Part shown: piece after piece, positions 1-8,308 of the stretch | How positions within the stretch are numbered: the first letter of the stretch is position 1 | Layout: the number at the start of each line of letters is the position of its first letter | Source of the DNA: Candidatus Latescibacterota bacterium | GTDB taxonomy: Bacteria > Latescibacterota > UBA2968 > UBA8231 | Direction of reading: 5' to 3' | Assembly (NCBI GenBank): GCA_965200315.1 | Contig: OZ241362.1 | Coordinates: 4,640,001-4,704,000, forward strand | DNA: 64,000 nt | Notes under the pieces: model-generated | The model's database searches: none | What the model saw: only the letters and a program-made list of their open reading frames with translations | Told to the model about the DNA's origin: nothing | Program-made: the position numbers and the translations under genes

Positions 1-1
1 C

Positions 2-643
2 GGAACCCTCAAGGGCTTCCACACCATTGAGTACCTGCTCTTTGACGAAGGCGGCAGCAAGACTGCGGCCGATTTCACCGAGCGCGAGTTCGTCTATCTG
101 ATCGCCACGACCCAAGATCTAAAGGCCACTACCGAGGCCCTGCACACGAGTTGGATCGCCTCCGGTGGCAACTTTGGCCAAAAGGTCCGCAACGCCGGCC
201 GTGGCAGCGACGCGTATCCGTCCGCCCAGTCGGCAGTCCAAGAAATGGTCAACGGCATGATCGGCATCTGCGACGAGGTGGCCAACGGCAAAATCGCCGA
301 TCCCTTCGTCGAGCAAGATACCCGCCTCGTCGAATCCCAATTCAGCTTCAATTCTATCGCCGACTTCCAAAACAACCTGCGCAGCGTCCATCACGTCTAT
401 ACCGGCGACTACGCGGGCATCGGATCGGGCTTGGACGAATTTATCCGCCAAGCCGACGCCGACCTCGATCAGCGGCTCAAACGGGAGATCCAAACGGCCA
501 TCGACGAGATTGGCAATATCCAACAGCCCTTCCGCGACGCCATTGCCTCGGATCGGGACCAAATCGAGAAGGCGCAGGCCGCGGTGGCCAAAGTCCAGCA
601 AACCTTGGAGGAAGGTATCCTGCCGTTGGTTTTAGGTAATTAA
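2..643 (+). CDS. Imelysin (peptidase M75-like) iron-regulated protein, 5'-truncated by window edge
   Basis: Frame open from base 2: GTLKGFHTIEYLLF contains the imelysin GFHxIE motif. In frame with ORF 245..643. Directly upstream of a di-heme oxidoreductase, the usual partner. Confidence 0.85.
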   Translation, partial: GTLKGFHTIEYLLFDEGGSKTAADFTEREFVYLIATTQDLKATTEALHTSWIASGGNFGQKVRNAGRGSDAYPSAQSAVQEMVNGMIGICDEVANGKIADPFVEQDTRLVESQFSFNSIADFQNNLRSVHHVYTGDYAGIGSGLDEFIRQADADLDQRLKREIQTAIDEIGNIQQPFRDAIASDRDQIEKAQAAVAKVQQTLEEGILPLVLGN

Positions 644-656
644 CCTCGTTTCTCGC

Positions 657-2045
657 ATGATCATTACCCGTATATCTATACTCTGTATAGGCCTCCTTAT
701 GCTCACCCACTGCGGCGACGACCGGGGGTTAGACCCAACTCCCGTGGAAGACGACCGCGCCCTATCCGGCGGGGCGGCAACGGTCTTTGACGCCAGCAGT
801 TTGGCCTTTGAAAACCCCATCCCCTCTTTGGACGGGATGCAAATGGACCGCTTTTTGGCCGGAGACGCGGCCTTTGGACAGGTCTTTGTCACCTCGCCGG
901 CCGAAGTGGGGCACGGCTTAGGGCCGGTTTTCAATCAGACCTCGTGCGTGGGCTGTCACGCTCGCGATGGCCGGGGGCGCGAAGGGTTTGGCGAGGTCGC
1001 TCCTTTTATCGGCTCCATGCTCATGCGGGTCAGCCTACCCGGCACCAATCCCGAAGTGCCCGGGGGACCGCAGCCTGTGCCGGGCTTTGGCGAACAGATC
1101 GGGGATCGCGCCGTTTTCGAGGTTGCGCCCGAGGCGCGGATCGACGTCACCTACTTTGAGGAGACCCGCCATTTTGCCGACGGCACCGCGTACTCCCTGC
1201 GCTTTCCGGTTTACGACGTAGTGGAGACCTATCAGCCATTGCCGGCGGACGTGCTGTTCTCGCCGCGCATGGCCCCGCCGGTTTTTGGCCGCGGCCTGCT
1301 CGAAGCCATTCCCGAAGAGACCATTCTGGCGCTGGCCGACCCCGGCGACCGCGATGGCGATGGCATATCCGGCCGCCCCAATCGAGTGTACAACTTCCGC
1401 ACGCAACAGACTGAATTGGGCCGCTTTGGCCTCAAGGCCAACAATCCCAACCTATTGCAGCAGGTCGCCGGGGCCTACCAACAGGACATGGGGATTACCA
1501 ATCCCTATTTCCCCGAGGAGTCCACCGCCGGCCAGCCACAAATGGACGAGCACCAAGACGACCCTGAAATCGGCCAAGAGACCTTGGATATCAACACCTT
1601 TTACGTGCGCACCCTAGCGGTGCCCGCCCGCCGCAACATCGACGATCCGCAGGCTTTGCGCGGCGAAGTGCTCTTTGCCGCGGCTCAGTGCTCGGGGTGC
1701 CACATCCCCACCCTGCAGACGGGCCACCACGAGATTGCGGCCCTAGCCAACCAGACCATTCGTCCCTACACGGACCTGCTATTGCACGATATGGGGGAAG
1801 AGTTGGCCGACGATCGTCCCGACTTTGAGGCCGATGGCCGCGAGTGGCGTACGCCGCCGCTGTGGGGCATTGGCCTGACGGCAACGGTCAACGGCATTCC
1901 AGCGTATCTGCACGATGGACGAGCACGTACGCTGATGGAAGCGGTCATGTTCCACGGCGGCGAAGCGGAAGCAGCGCGGGAGTTTGTGCGCCAACTCAGC
2001 GAGAGCGACCGGGACGCGCTCGTGGCCTTTTTGCAGTCCCTGTGA
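657..2045 (+). CDS. Di-heme oxidoreductase family (DHOR/DUF1111-type) thiol oxidoreductase, probable lipoprotein
   Basis: Two CxxCH motifs (CVGCH, CSGCH), GLGPVFN, TDLLLHDMG, WRTPPLWG, YLHDGRARTL; signal peptide ending LTHC. Confidence 0.88.
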   Translation: MIITRISILCIGLLMLTHCGDDRGLDPTPVEDDRALSGGAATVFDASSLAFENPIPSLDGMQMDRFLAGDAAFGQVFVTSPAEVGHGLGPVFNQTSCVGCHARDGRGREGFGEVAPFIGSMLMRVSLPGTNPEVPGGPQPVPGFGEQIGDRAVFEVAPEARIDVTYFEETRHFADGTAYSLRFPVYDVVETYQPLPADVLFSPRMAPPVFGRGLLEAIPEETILALADPGDRDGDGISGRPNRVYNFRTQQTELGRFGLKANNPNLLQQVAGAYQQDMGITNPYFPEESTAGQPQMDEHQDDPEIGQETLDINTFYVRTLAVPARRNIDDPQALRGEVLFAAAQCSGCHIPTLQTGHHEIAALANQTIRPYTDLLLHDMGEELADDRPDFEADGREWRTPPLWGIGLTATVNGIPAYLHDGRARTLMEAVMFHGGEAEAAREFVRQLSESDRDALVAFLQSL

Positions 2046-2220
2046 TTGCGGCTTACAAGAACTATGTAGCAAGTATAATAGAAGCTATTTGCGAAATCCC
2101 CATAACGGTCATTCCCCACCCCACAGCCCCTGTCCACTCGTCGTTCCCGCAGCTAATTTTACCTGACCCTTGCATGCGCTCAGCGCCTTGATAGAGGGGC
2201 CAAAAAGGTGCCTTATATAC

Positions 2221-2360
2221 GACCTATCTATCTATACACGAGTCCGGTTCCATCGGGCTGCCTCACTGCGGCAGGTACGAGGTGTAGACCCCGCGAATCC
2301 GGTAGCGATCTGGGAGCCGGACGCCGCCGGCTAAGCCGGGTGCCGTTCTAAATAGGGTCA
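2221..2360. ncRNA. Candidate structured non-coding RNA, family not recognised
   Basis: 10-bp stem 2242-2251/2313-2322, inner hairpin 2258-2262/2270-2274, hairpin 2327-2339, and possible closing stem 2221-2227/2352-2359, all in a 400-bp intergenic gap. Confidence 0.3.
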
Positions 2361-2447
2361 TCAGTGCTTGCGTGCGCTTGCCCTTTGATAGAGGGTCAAT
2401 AAAAAGTGTCTCATTCTGTCTAATCCAACTTCACAGAGGCAACGACC

Positions 2448-3440
2448 GTGAAAGCACAACAATTGATATGCACAGACATCCGGCAGATCGAATTGACGGA
2501 ATTTGAGCTGCCGCGCATGCCCGACCACGGCATTTTGGTGCAAAACGATTACACCGCCGTAAGCGTTGGTACGGAAATCTACGGCTACGCACACGGCGGC
2601 GAACCAGCGAGTGCGATAACATTTCCGCGCTCCACCGGCTATTGCAACACGGGCGTGGTGCTCGAAGTCGGCAAAGACGTGCAGGGGATACAACCCGGCG
2701 ACCGCATTGCTGGCCAAGGCAACCACGCAAGCCACGCGGTCCTGACCGGCAATTTCCGCAAAGCACCCGCCGGCGTTGCGCCCAAATCTGCGACATTCAT
2801 GGTCATGGCTGCCATTGCCCTGCACGGGCATCGGGTTGGCCGTCCCGAATTGGGTGAAGCTGTTGCCATCACCGGCATGGGCATTGTGGGCCAATTGGCA
2901 GCGACCTTTGCGCGGTTGGCTGGTGCCCTCCCGGTCATTGCAATCGATTTGGACGATTTCCGCTTGGGCAAAGCCAAAGACCGAGGCGCGGATGTTTGCA
3001 TCAATCCCAACACCACCAGTGATGTCGCCGAAATCGTGCGCCAGCATTGCGTGGGCGATGGCGTCGATCTAGTCATCGAAGCAACCGGCATCCCCGCCGT
3101 CTATCCCATGGCCCTAACCTTGCCGCGACTAGGAGGCCGCCTAGTCGCACTAGGGTCTCCACGTGGCACTGTCGAAGTAAGTTTTCTACCCGAAGTTCAC
3201 CAGCGCGAAATTGCCATCCTCGGCGCACATCAGCCCAAAACCCCGGACGACGACCACATCTACTATTCTTGGAACAAAACCAGAGACCGCCATCTGGTCT
3301 TGCGTTTGATGGCCGCAGGTAAGCTGCCCATCGAAGACCTAATCACCCACGTCGCCAACCCCGCCGATTGCCAACTCACCTACGACATGCTCGCCGACAA
3401 TCCACAAGAAGCGTTGGGCGTGGTATTTGCATGGACGTGA
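2448..3440 (+). CDS. Medium-chain (zinc-binding) alcohol dehydrogenase family protein
   Basis: GroES-like N-domain, Rossmann GMGIVG, GVDLVIEATG. Has SVGTE where the catalytic-Zn CGSD usually sits. Confidence 0.85.
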   Translation: MKAQQLICTDIRQIELTEFELPRMPDHGILVQNDYTAVSVGTEIYGYAHGGEPASAITFPRSTGYCNTGVVLEVGKDVQGIQPGDRIAGQGNHASHAVLTGNFRKAPAGVAPKSATFMVMAAIALHGHRVGRPELGEAVAITGMGIVGQLAATFARLAGALPVIAIDLDDFRLGKAKDRGADVCINPNTTSDVAEIVRQHCVGDGVDLVIEATGIPAVYPMALTLPRLGGRLVALGSPRGTVEVSFLPEVHQREIAILGAHQPKTPDDDHIYYSWNKTRDRHLVLRLMAAGKLPIEDLITHVANPADCQLTYDMLADNPQEALGVVFAWT

Positions 3441-3441
3441 T

Positions 3442-3526
3442 TCCGAGAACCTCGCCCAAGCTCTTGATCTGGTTGGCTAGGATGACTCCCGCCACAGTCC
3501 TAGATGGGAGGAAGGGCAACCTCAAA
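3442..3526 (-). pseudogene. mazF: MazF/PemK toxin remnant
   Basis: Minus strand reads FEVALPP /frameshift/ SRTVAGVILANQIKSL, resembling the MazF PFEV..GVILADQxKSLD segment. No start codon. Confidence 0.6.
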
Positions 3527-3591
3527 GGAACGGGCCATTGCCCCAGCCCCGGCGGTTGGGTACATTGAATTTTTGTAGGCAGGCGTAGAAA

Positions 3592-4347
3592 ATGAGCTAC
3601 AAATTGGCGTACAGCGGGCTATTCTGGCGGGCACCCGACCTAGCGCAAGAGCTAGAGGCCCTGCGGACTTTTGGCTGGGATGGCTGGGAAGCGCGGCAAC
3701 CGCTCGACTGGTTGGGTACGCCGCAGCGCGTGCGCCAGCTCTGCGAGGCATATGGTGTGGAAGTGGCCGCCGTCTGCGGCCCGAATGTCGCGCTGGACCT
3801 CGACGGGCCGAGCCAACAGATCAACAAGCGGCGAATCGAGTTTGCTGCCGAGCTCGGGGTCGAAACCTTTATGACCAAAGGGCCGGGGCGCGCAGGCCGT
3901 AACAGCACGGACGCGGAGTTGGACCAGATGGCGACTGTGTACGAGGATCTGGCGGCGTACGGCGCGAACTTGGGCGTTATGGTTACATTTCATCCACATA
4001 TCAATCACCTCGTCGATAGTGCCGACGAGTGGAAGCGCTTCATGAGGCGCCTAGACGCGTGTCGCCTCTGCATGGACATGTCTCACGCCGTGCATTGGGG
4101 CTACGACCCGGTGCAAGCCGTGCGCGACTTCGCCGCGCGGATCGCGTACGTACATCTGCACGATTTCAAGGATGGACAGACCGTGGAACTGGGCGAAGGC
4201 CCCATGTGCGACTACCCGGCATTTATGGCGGCGTTGCAGGAAGCCGAATACGCCGGCTGGATCACGGTCTGCCCTGGAGAAGCCGCACGGCCCGAAACCG
4301 AAAAGATGCAAATCAACCGCCAGTACCTGCACAGCATTGGCTATTAG
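3592..4347 (+). CDS. Sugar phosphate isomerase/epimerase (xylose isomerase-like TIM barrel)
   Basis: FHPH, CMDMSH, YVHLHD, ELGEG motifs. Confidence 0.85.
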   Translation: MSYKLAYSGLFWRAPDLAQELEALRTFGWDGWEARQPLDWLGTPQRVRQLCEAYGVEVAAVCGPNVALDLDGPSQQINKRRIEFAAELGVETFMTKGPGRAGRNSTDAELDQMATVYEDLAAYGANLGVMVTFHPHINHLVDSADEWKRFMRRLDACRLCMDMSHAVHWGYDPVQAVRDFAARIAYVHLHDFKDGQTVELGEGPMCDYPAFMAALQEAEYAGWITVCPGEAARPETEKMQINRQYLHSIGY

Positions 4348-4367
4348 AAGCGCAGAGGAGAAAAAGC

Positions 4368-5495
4368 ATGAGTCAGATACAGGCAGCGATCATGACCGGC
4401 CCCGGCCAGATCGCTGTGCGCTCGTATCCCAAACCCCAAATCGGCGACGACGAAGTCCTATTGAAGATCGAACGCACCGGCATCTGCGGCAGCGACAAGC
4501 ACATGTTCGCCGGCCACATGGCCCTGCCGTTTCCCGTGATACCCGGGCACGAATTAGTAGGCATCGTCGAGGAGATGGGGCCGGCCGCAGCCGATAGCTT
4601 GGCCATAGTGGGCGGCCCGGTTGCAGTGGGAGACCGCGTGACGACAACGCCCTCGTCGCGGGCCTGTGGACGGTGCTATTACTGCCTGCACATGCCCCAG
4701 CGGCCCACCCTGTGCTCCAACCGCTTTGTGTACGGATTCGTGTCCGCCGATCTCGCGCCCATGCCGCGCGGCGGCTTTGCCGAATACTTGCATTTGACGG
4801 GCCATTCGTGGCTCTTCAAAATCCCCGACGACCTGCCTTCGGAACGGGCTGTGCTCACCGAGCCAGCCGCTGTGGCCACCCGGGCCGTAGAGCGCGCCTT
4901 AGGGCCGGGCATCCCCCACATCGGCGAAGGGCTGGGCCTCGACAAATCCGTGCTGGTCCTCGGAGCCGGCCCCATCGGTCAGCTCGTAGTAGCAGTACTG
5001 AGCCACATCGGCACCGACTTGATTATCGCCGGCGACCTGAGCGCGTCCCGGCTGGAACTCGCCCGCTCCATGGGTGCTCATCAAGTGCTCGCGATGGGCG
5101 AAGGTAGCCCCGAGCAGCGACAGCAAGCCCTCCACGACATGACCGAGGGCGTGGGGGCCGATATCGTCATTGAAACCGCCGGCGTACCCGTAGCCTTCAA
5201 GGAATCGCTCGACTTGGTGCGTCGGGGTGGCATCGTCGTGGAGGTGGGGCACTTCACCGATCCAGGAGCCGTGGAGATACGTCCGCACATCGTCTGTTTT
5301 AAGGATTTGGACATCCGCGGCATGTGGGCGTACCCTTCCATGCAGTTCAAGACCGCGCTATCTTTCTTGCGCCGCACGACCGCGCCTTTAAATCGCTTTA
5401 TCACGCATCGGCTGCCGCTGTCCCACATCCGCGAAGGGCTCGACATTACCGGCGGCGAAGCAGCCATGAAGGTAGTGGTGGAGCCGGGCAATTAA
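4368..5495 (+). CDS. Zinc-dependent alcohol dehydrogenase
   Basis: CGSD, GHE, CGRCYYC...C, GAGPIG. Start moved to ATG 4368, after a GAGGAG RBS. Confidence 0.9.
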   Translation: MSQIQAAIMTGPGQIAVRSYPKPQIGDDEVLLKIERTGICGSDKHMFAGHMALPFPVIPGHELVGIVEEMGPAAADSLAIVGGPVAVGDRVTTTPSSRACGRCYYCLHMPQRPTLCSNRFVYGFVSADLAPMPRGGFAEYLHLTGHSWLFKIPDDLPSERAVLTEPAAVATRAVERALGPGIPHIGEGLGLDKSVLVLGAGPIGQLVVAVLSHIGTDLIIAGDLSASRLELARSMGAHQVLAMGEGSPEQRQQALHDMTEGVGADIVIETAGVPVAFKESLDLVRRGGIVVEVGHFTDPGAVEIRPHIVCFKDLDIRGMWAYPSMQFKTALSFLRRTTAPLNRFITHRLPLSHIREGLDITGGEAAMKVVVEPGN

Positions 5496-5499
5496 CCGT

Positions 5500-5528
5500 T
5501 TGACAGTCGCGTTAGGCTAACCCAAACT
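5500..5528 (+). promoter_or_regulatory. Putative sigma70-type promoter of the signalling operon
   Basis: TTGACA-17 bp-CAAACT just upstream of ATG 5542. Confidence 0.4.
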
Positions 5529-5541
5529 TGGGGAAAGAGAA

Positions 5542-6711
5542 ATGGCAATAATACGACCTAAGATCCTCGTCGTCGATGACGAGCCAGATTTAGAGCACCT
5601 AGTAAGGCAGCGCATGCGCCGCGAAATTCGCTCGGGTCAGTACAGCTTTGTGTTTGCCCAAAACGGCGTTGAAGCCTTAGAGGTGCTAAGCGAAGAGCAA
5701 GACATCGACATGGTGCTCTCGGATATCAACATGCCCCGAATGGACGGACTTACCTTGCTAGAGCAGATCCCCAAGGTGGATCCCAATGTCCGCTCGGTCA
5801 TCGTCTCGGCATACGGCGACATGAAGAACATCCGCACGGCCATGAACCGGGGTGCGTTTGACTTCATCACCAAGCCCATCGACTTCGAGGACATGAAGGT
5901 GACCATCCAGCGGACCTTGCGCCATCTAGAGCTGTGGCGCGATGCGCTGGAATCGCGCGACAAACTGGTCGCCCTGCAAAACGAGCTCAACGTGGCCAAC
6001 AAGATGCAGCAGTCCATCTTGCCCACCAGTTTTCCCAAGGGACCGGGCTTTGAGATCTTCGGCAGCATGAAGCCCGCACGCGACGTCGGCGGCGACTTCT
6101 TCGACGTCTTGTCCCTCGAAGACGGCCGCATCGGCCTCGTCGTCGCCGATGTCTCGGACAAGGGAGTGCCGGCGGCCCTGTTTATGATGTCGAGCCGCAC
6201 CCTGCTGAAGGGCTCGGCCATTGGCCTCGATTCGCCGGGCAAGGTGTTGAGCGAAGTAAATCAACTGCTGCAAGAAGAAAACGACGCCGCCATGTTCGTA
6301 ACCGTGTTTTACGCGACTTTCGACCCAGAAACCGGCGAGTTGGCCTATGCCAATGGCGGGCACAATACCCCGCTCGTGGTCCACGCCGACGGCAGCTCGA
6401 CCGTGTTGCCGGCGCTCGGCGGGGTGGCGCTCGGCGTGGTGCCCGGGTTCACCTACGAAGAAAGCTTGATAACCTTGCAATCCGGCGACCGCGTCGTCTT
6501 GTACACCGACGGCGTTACCGAAGCCGAAAACGCCCAAGGCGACCAGTTCAACCTAGAGCGCCTGTGCGAGATTTTCACCGACGGGACACCTATGGACGCC
6601 CGCACTACCAACGAGGCGGTTTTTGCGGCAGTCGAGACCTTTGCCGGCGATGCTCCTCAATTTGACGACGTCACTTGCCTGACGCTTCACCGCAGCGAGA
6701 CAGACCAATGA
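5542..6711 (+). CDS. Response regulator receiver + PP2C/SpoIIE phosphatase (RsbU-like)
   Basis: REC motifs VVDDE, SDINMP, TKP; PP2C motifs VGGDFFD, ADVSDKG, LYTDG, DDVT. Confidence 0.93.
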   Translation: MAIIRPKILVVDDEPDLEHLVRQRMRREIRSGQYSFVFAQNGVEALEVLSEEQDIDMVLSDINMPRMDGLTLLEQIPKVDPNVRSVIVSAYGDMKNIRTAMNRGAFDFITKPIDFEDMKVTIQRTLRHLELWRDALESRDKLVALQNELNVANKMQQSILPTSFPKGPGFEIFGSMKPARDVGGDFFDVLSLEDGRIGLVVADVSDKGVPAALFMMSSRTLLKGSAIGLDSPGKVLSEVNQLLQEENDAAMFVTVFYATFDPETGELAYANGGHNTPLVVHADGSSTVLPALGGVALGVVPGFTYEESLITLQSGDRVVLYTDGVTEAENAQGDQFNLERLCEIFTDGTPMDARTTNEAVFAAVETFAGDAPQFDDVTCLTLHRSETDQ

Positions 6712-7130
6712 GCACTCATAGATCGCTGCTCATAGCAACTGAACTGGACGAACTGCACAAGGTCAACGCCGCTATTGAGGAGCTAGCAGAGGAAGAAAAC
6801 TGGCCTCCAGACGTCACCTTTCAGATCGGGCTGGCCATCGAGGAAGTGGGGGTCAACATCGTCAGCTACGGACACGCCGACGACAAAGCCCACGAAATCA
6901 AGATCGTCATTTCCTCAAAAGACGAGACCATCACAATCGAGATCGAGGACGACGGCTACGCCTTCAATCCGCTCGTCGACGCGCCAGAGCCAGACTTGAA
7001 CGCCGCTGTTGAGGATCGCACTGTGGGTGGCCTCGGCATCCACCTCGTGCGCTCCATGATGGACGAGGTTCACTACCAGCGACAGCAAGACAAAAACTGC
7101 CTGACCTTGGTCAAGCGGAGGGATAGTTGA
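6708..7130 (+). CDS. Anti-sigma factor Ser/Thr kinase (RsbW-like HATPase)
   Basis: EEVGVNIVSY, EDDGYAFNP, GGLGIHLV. ATG 6708 overlaps the upstream stop. Confidence 0.9.
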   Translation: MSTHRSLLIATELDELHKVNAAIEELAEEENWPPDVTFQIGLAIEEVGVNIVSYGHADDKAHEIKIVISSKDETITIEIEDDGYAFNPLVDAPEPDLNAAVEDRTVGGLGIHLVRSMMDEVHYQRQQDKNCLTLVKRRDS

Positions 7131-8308
7131 GCAACGCGCTTGCTCGATGCACGGCCGCGCTGTTAGTGGCGAGTGCTGCGCTTGGCGCGGAACTTTCGGC
7201 TGAGCAGCCCGGCGTCGCCGACCGGAGTATCCTCTTTGGCCAATCCGCCGCCTTTAGCGGGCCAGCCCAGAAGTTGGGCCGCAACATGCGGCTCGGGATA
7301 CAGGCGGCCTTCCGGGAGGTGAATGAGCAGGGCGGAGTCCACGGACGCCGGCTCGAATTGGTGTCGCTCGACGATGGGTATGAGCCGGAAGCTGCCATCG
7401 ACAACACCCGCCAGCTGATCGAAGGCGAGCAGGTCTTCGCGCTGATCGGTGCCGTCGGCTCCCCAACCTCGCGTGCAGTTGTTCCCATTGCCGAGGATGA
7501 TGGAGTTCCCTACATCGCTCCCCTCACGGGCAGTAGTTTTCTCCGCGACCCCAAGTGGCACGGCGTGATCAATATGCGTGCCTCCTACTACCAAGAAATC
7601 GAGGAAATCGTCGCCCGTCTGACCGACGACTTGGGCATTGAGCGCATTGCCATAATGTACCAAGACGACTCCTTTGGTCGGGAGGGATTTCGCGGTGTGC
7701 GCCGCGCACTAGAGCGTCGTGCGCTATCCCTCGTGGCGGTTGGCGTGTATCCGCGCAACACCAAGGCAGTAAAGACTGCCCTGCTCGACCTGCGCAGTGG
7801 CCAGCCCAAAGCCGTGATTTTGGTCGGGATCTACCAACCGGTCGCTACCCTCATCGCTTGGGCGCGCCATATCGGGTTTATCCCCATCTTCGCGACCATC
7901 TCTTTTGTAGGCAGCAACGCCTTGGCCCAAGAGATCGGATCCGTTGGCACGGGAGTTTTAGTCTCTCAGGTCGTGCCCTTCCCGATGGCCACCGAGCCGG
8001 CCATCGTCGGCTCGTACCGCAGCGCCCTCGCAGTTCACGCCCCGCGAGCAGAGCCTAGCTTTGTCTCATTCGAGGGCTACCTAGCCGGCCGCTTGGCCAT
8101 CGCCGCCCTCACTAGCTGCGGCCGAGCAGTCAGCCGCGCCTGCCTACTAGACAACTTGCGCCGCGCCGATGTCATCGACCTAGAGGGGTTTGAGCTCCGC
8201 TATGGGGATGGCGACAATCAGGGCTCGGACGCGGTCTTCCTCACCGTGCTCGACAGCGACGGCCAATACCGCCCCATCCGCTCCTTGAAGGGAGCGACGA
8301 AGCGATGA
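7127..8308 (+). CDS. Periplasmic ligand-binding protein (type I, Leu/Ile/Val-binding-like)
   Basis: Signal peptide; GQSAAFSGP, NEQGGVHGRRLEL, DDGYEP, RASY motifs. No ABC permease adjacent. Confidence 0.88.
   Translation: MSNALARCTAALLVASAALGAELSAEQPGVADRSILFGQSAAFSGPAQKLGRNMRLGIQAAFREVNEQGGVHGRRLELVSLDDGYEPEAAIDNTRQLIEGEQVFALIGAVGSPTSRAVVPIAEDDGVPYIAPLTGSSFLRDPKWHGVINMRASYYQEIEEIVARLTDDLGIERIAIMYQDDSFGREGFRGVRRALERRALSLVAVGVYPRNTKAVKTALLDLRSGQPKAVILVGIYQPVATLIAWARHIGFIPIFATISFVGSNALAQEIGSVGTGVLVSQVVPFPMATEPAIVGSYRSALAVHAPRAEPSFVSFEGYLAGRLAIAALTSCGRAVSRACLLDNLRRADVIDLEGFELRYGDGDNQGSDAVFLTVLDSDGQYRPIRSLKGATKR

Noticed and set aside
2240-2365. FMN or cobalamin riboswitch, SRP RNA, or pistol/hammerhead ribozyme
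   Set aside because: Only short partial matches (CCCGCGA, GGAGCCG, TAAATAG, CTGATGA on the minus strand). The required core motifs are missing, so the element is kept as unassigned.
4029-4367. N-terminal extension of the 488-aa ORF
   Set aside because: Overlaps the TIM-barrel gene out of frame; the likely start is ATG 4368 with an RBS.
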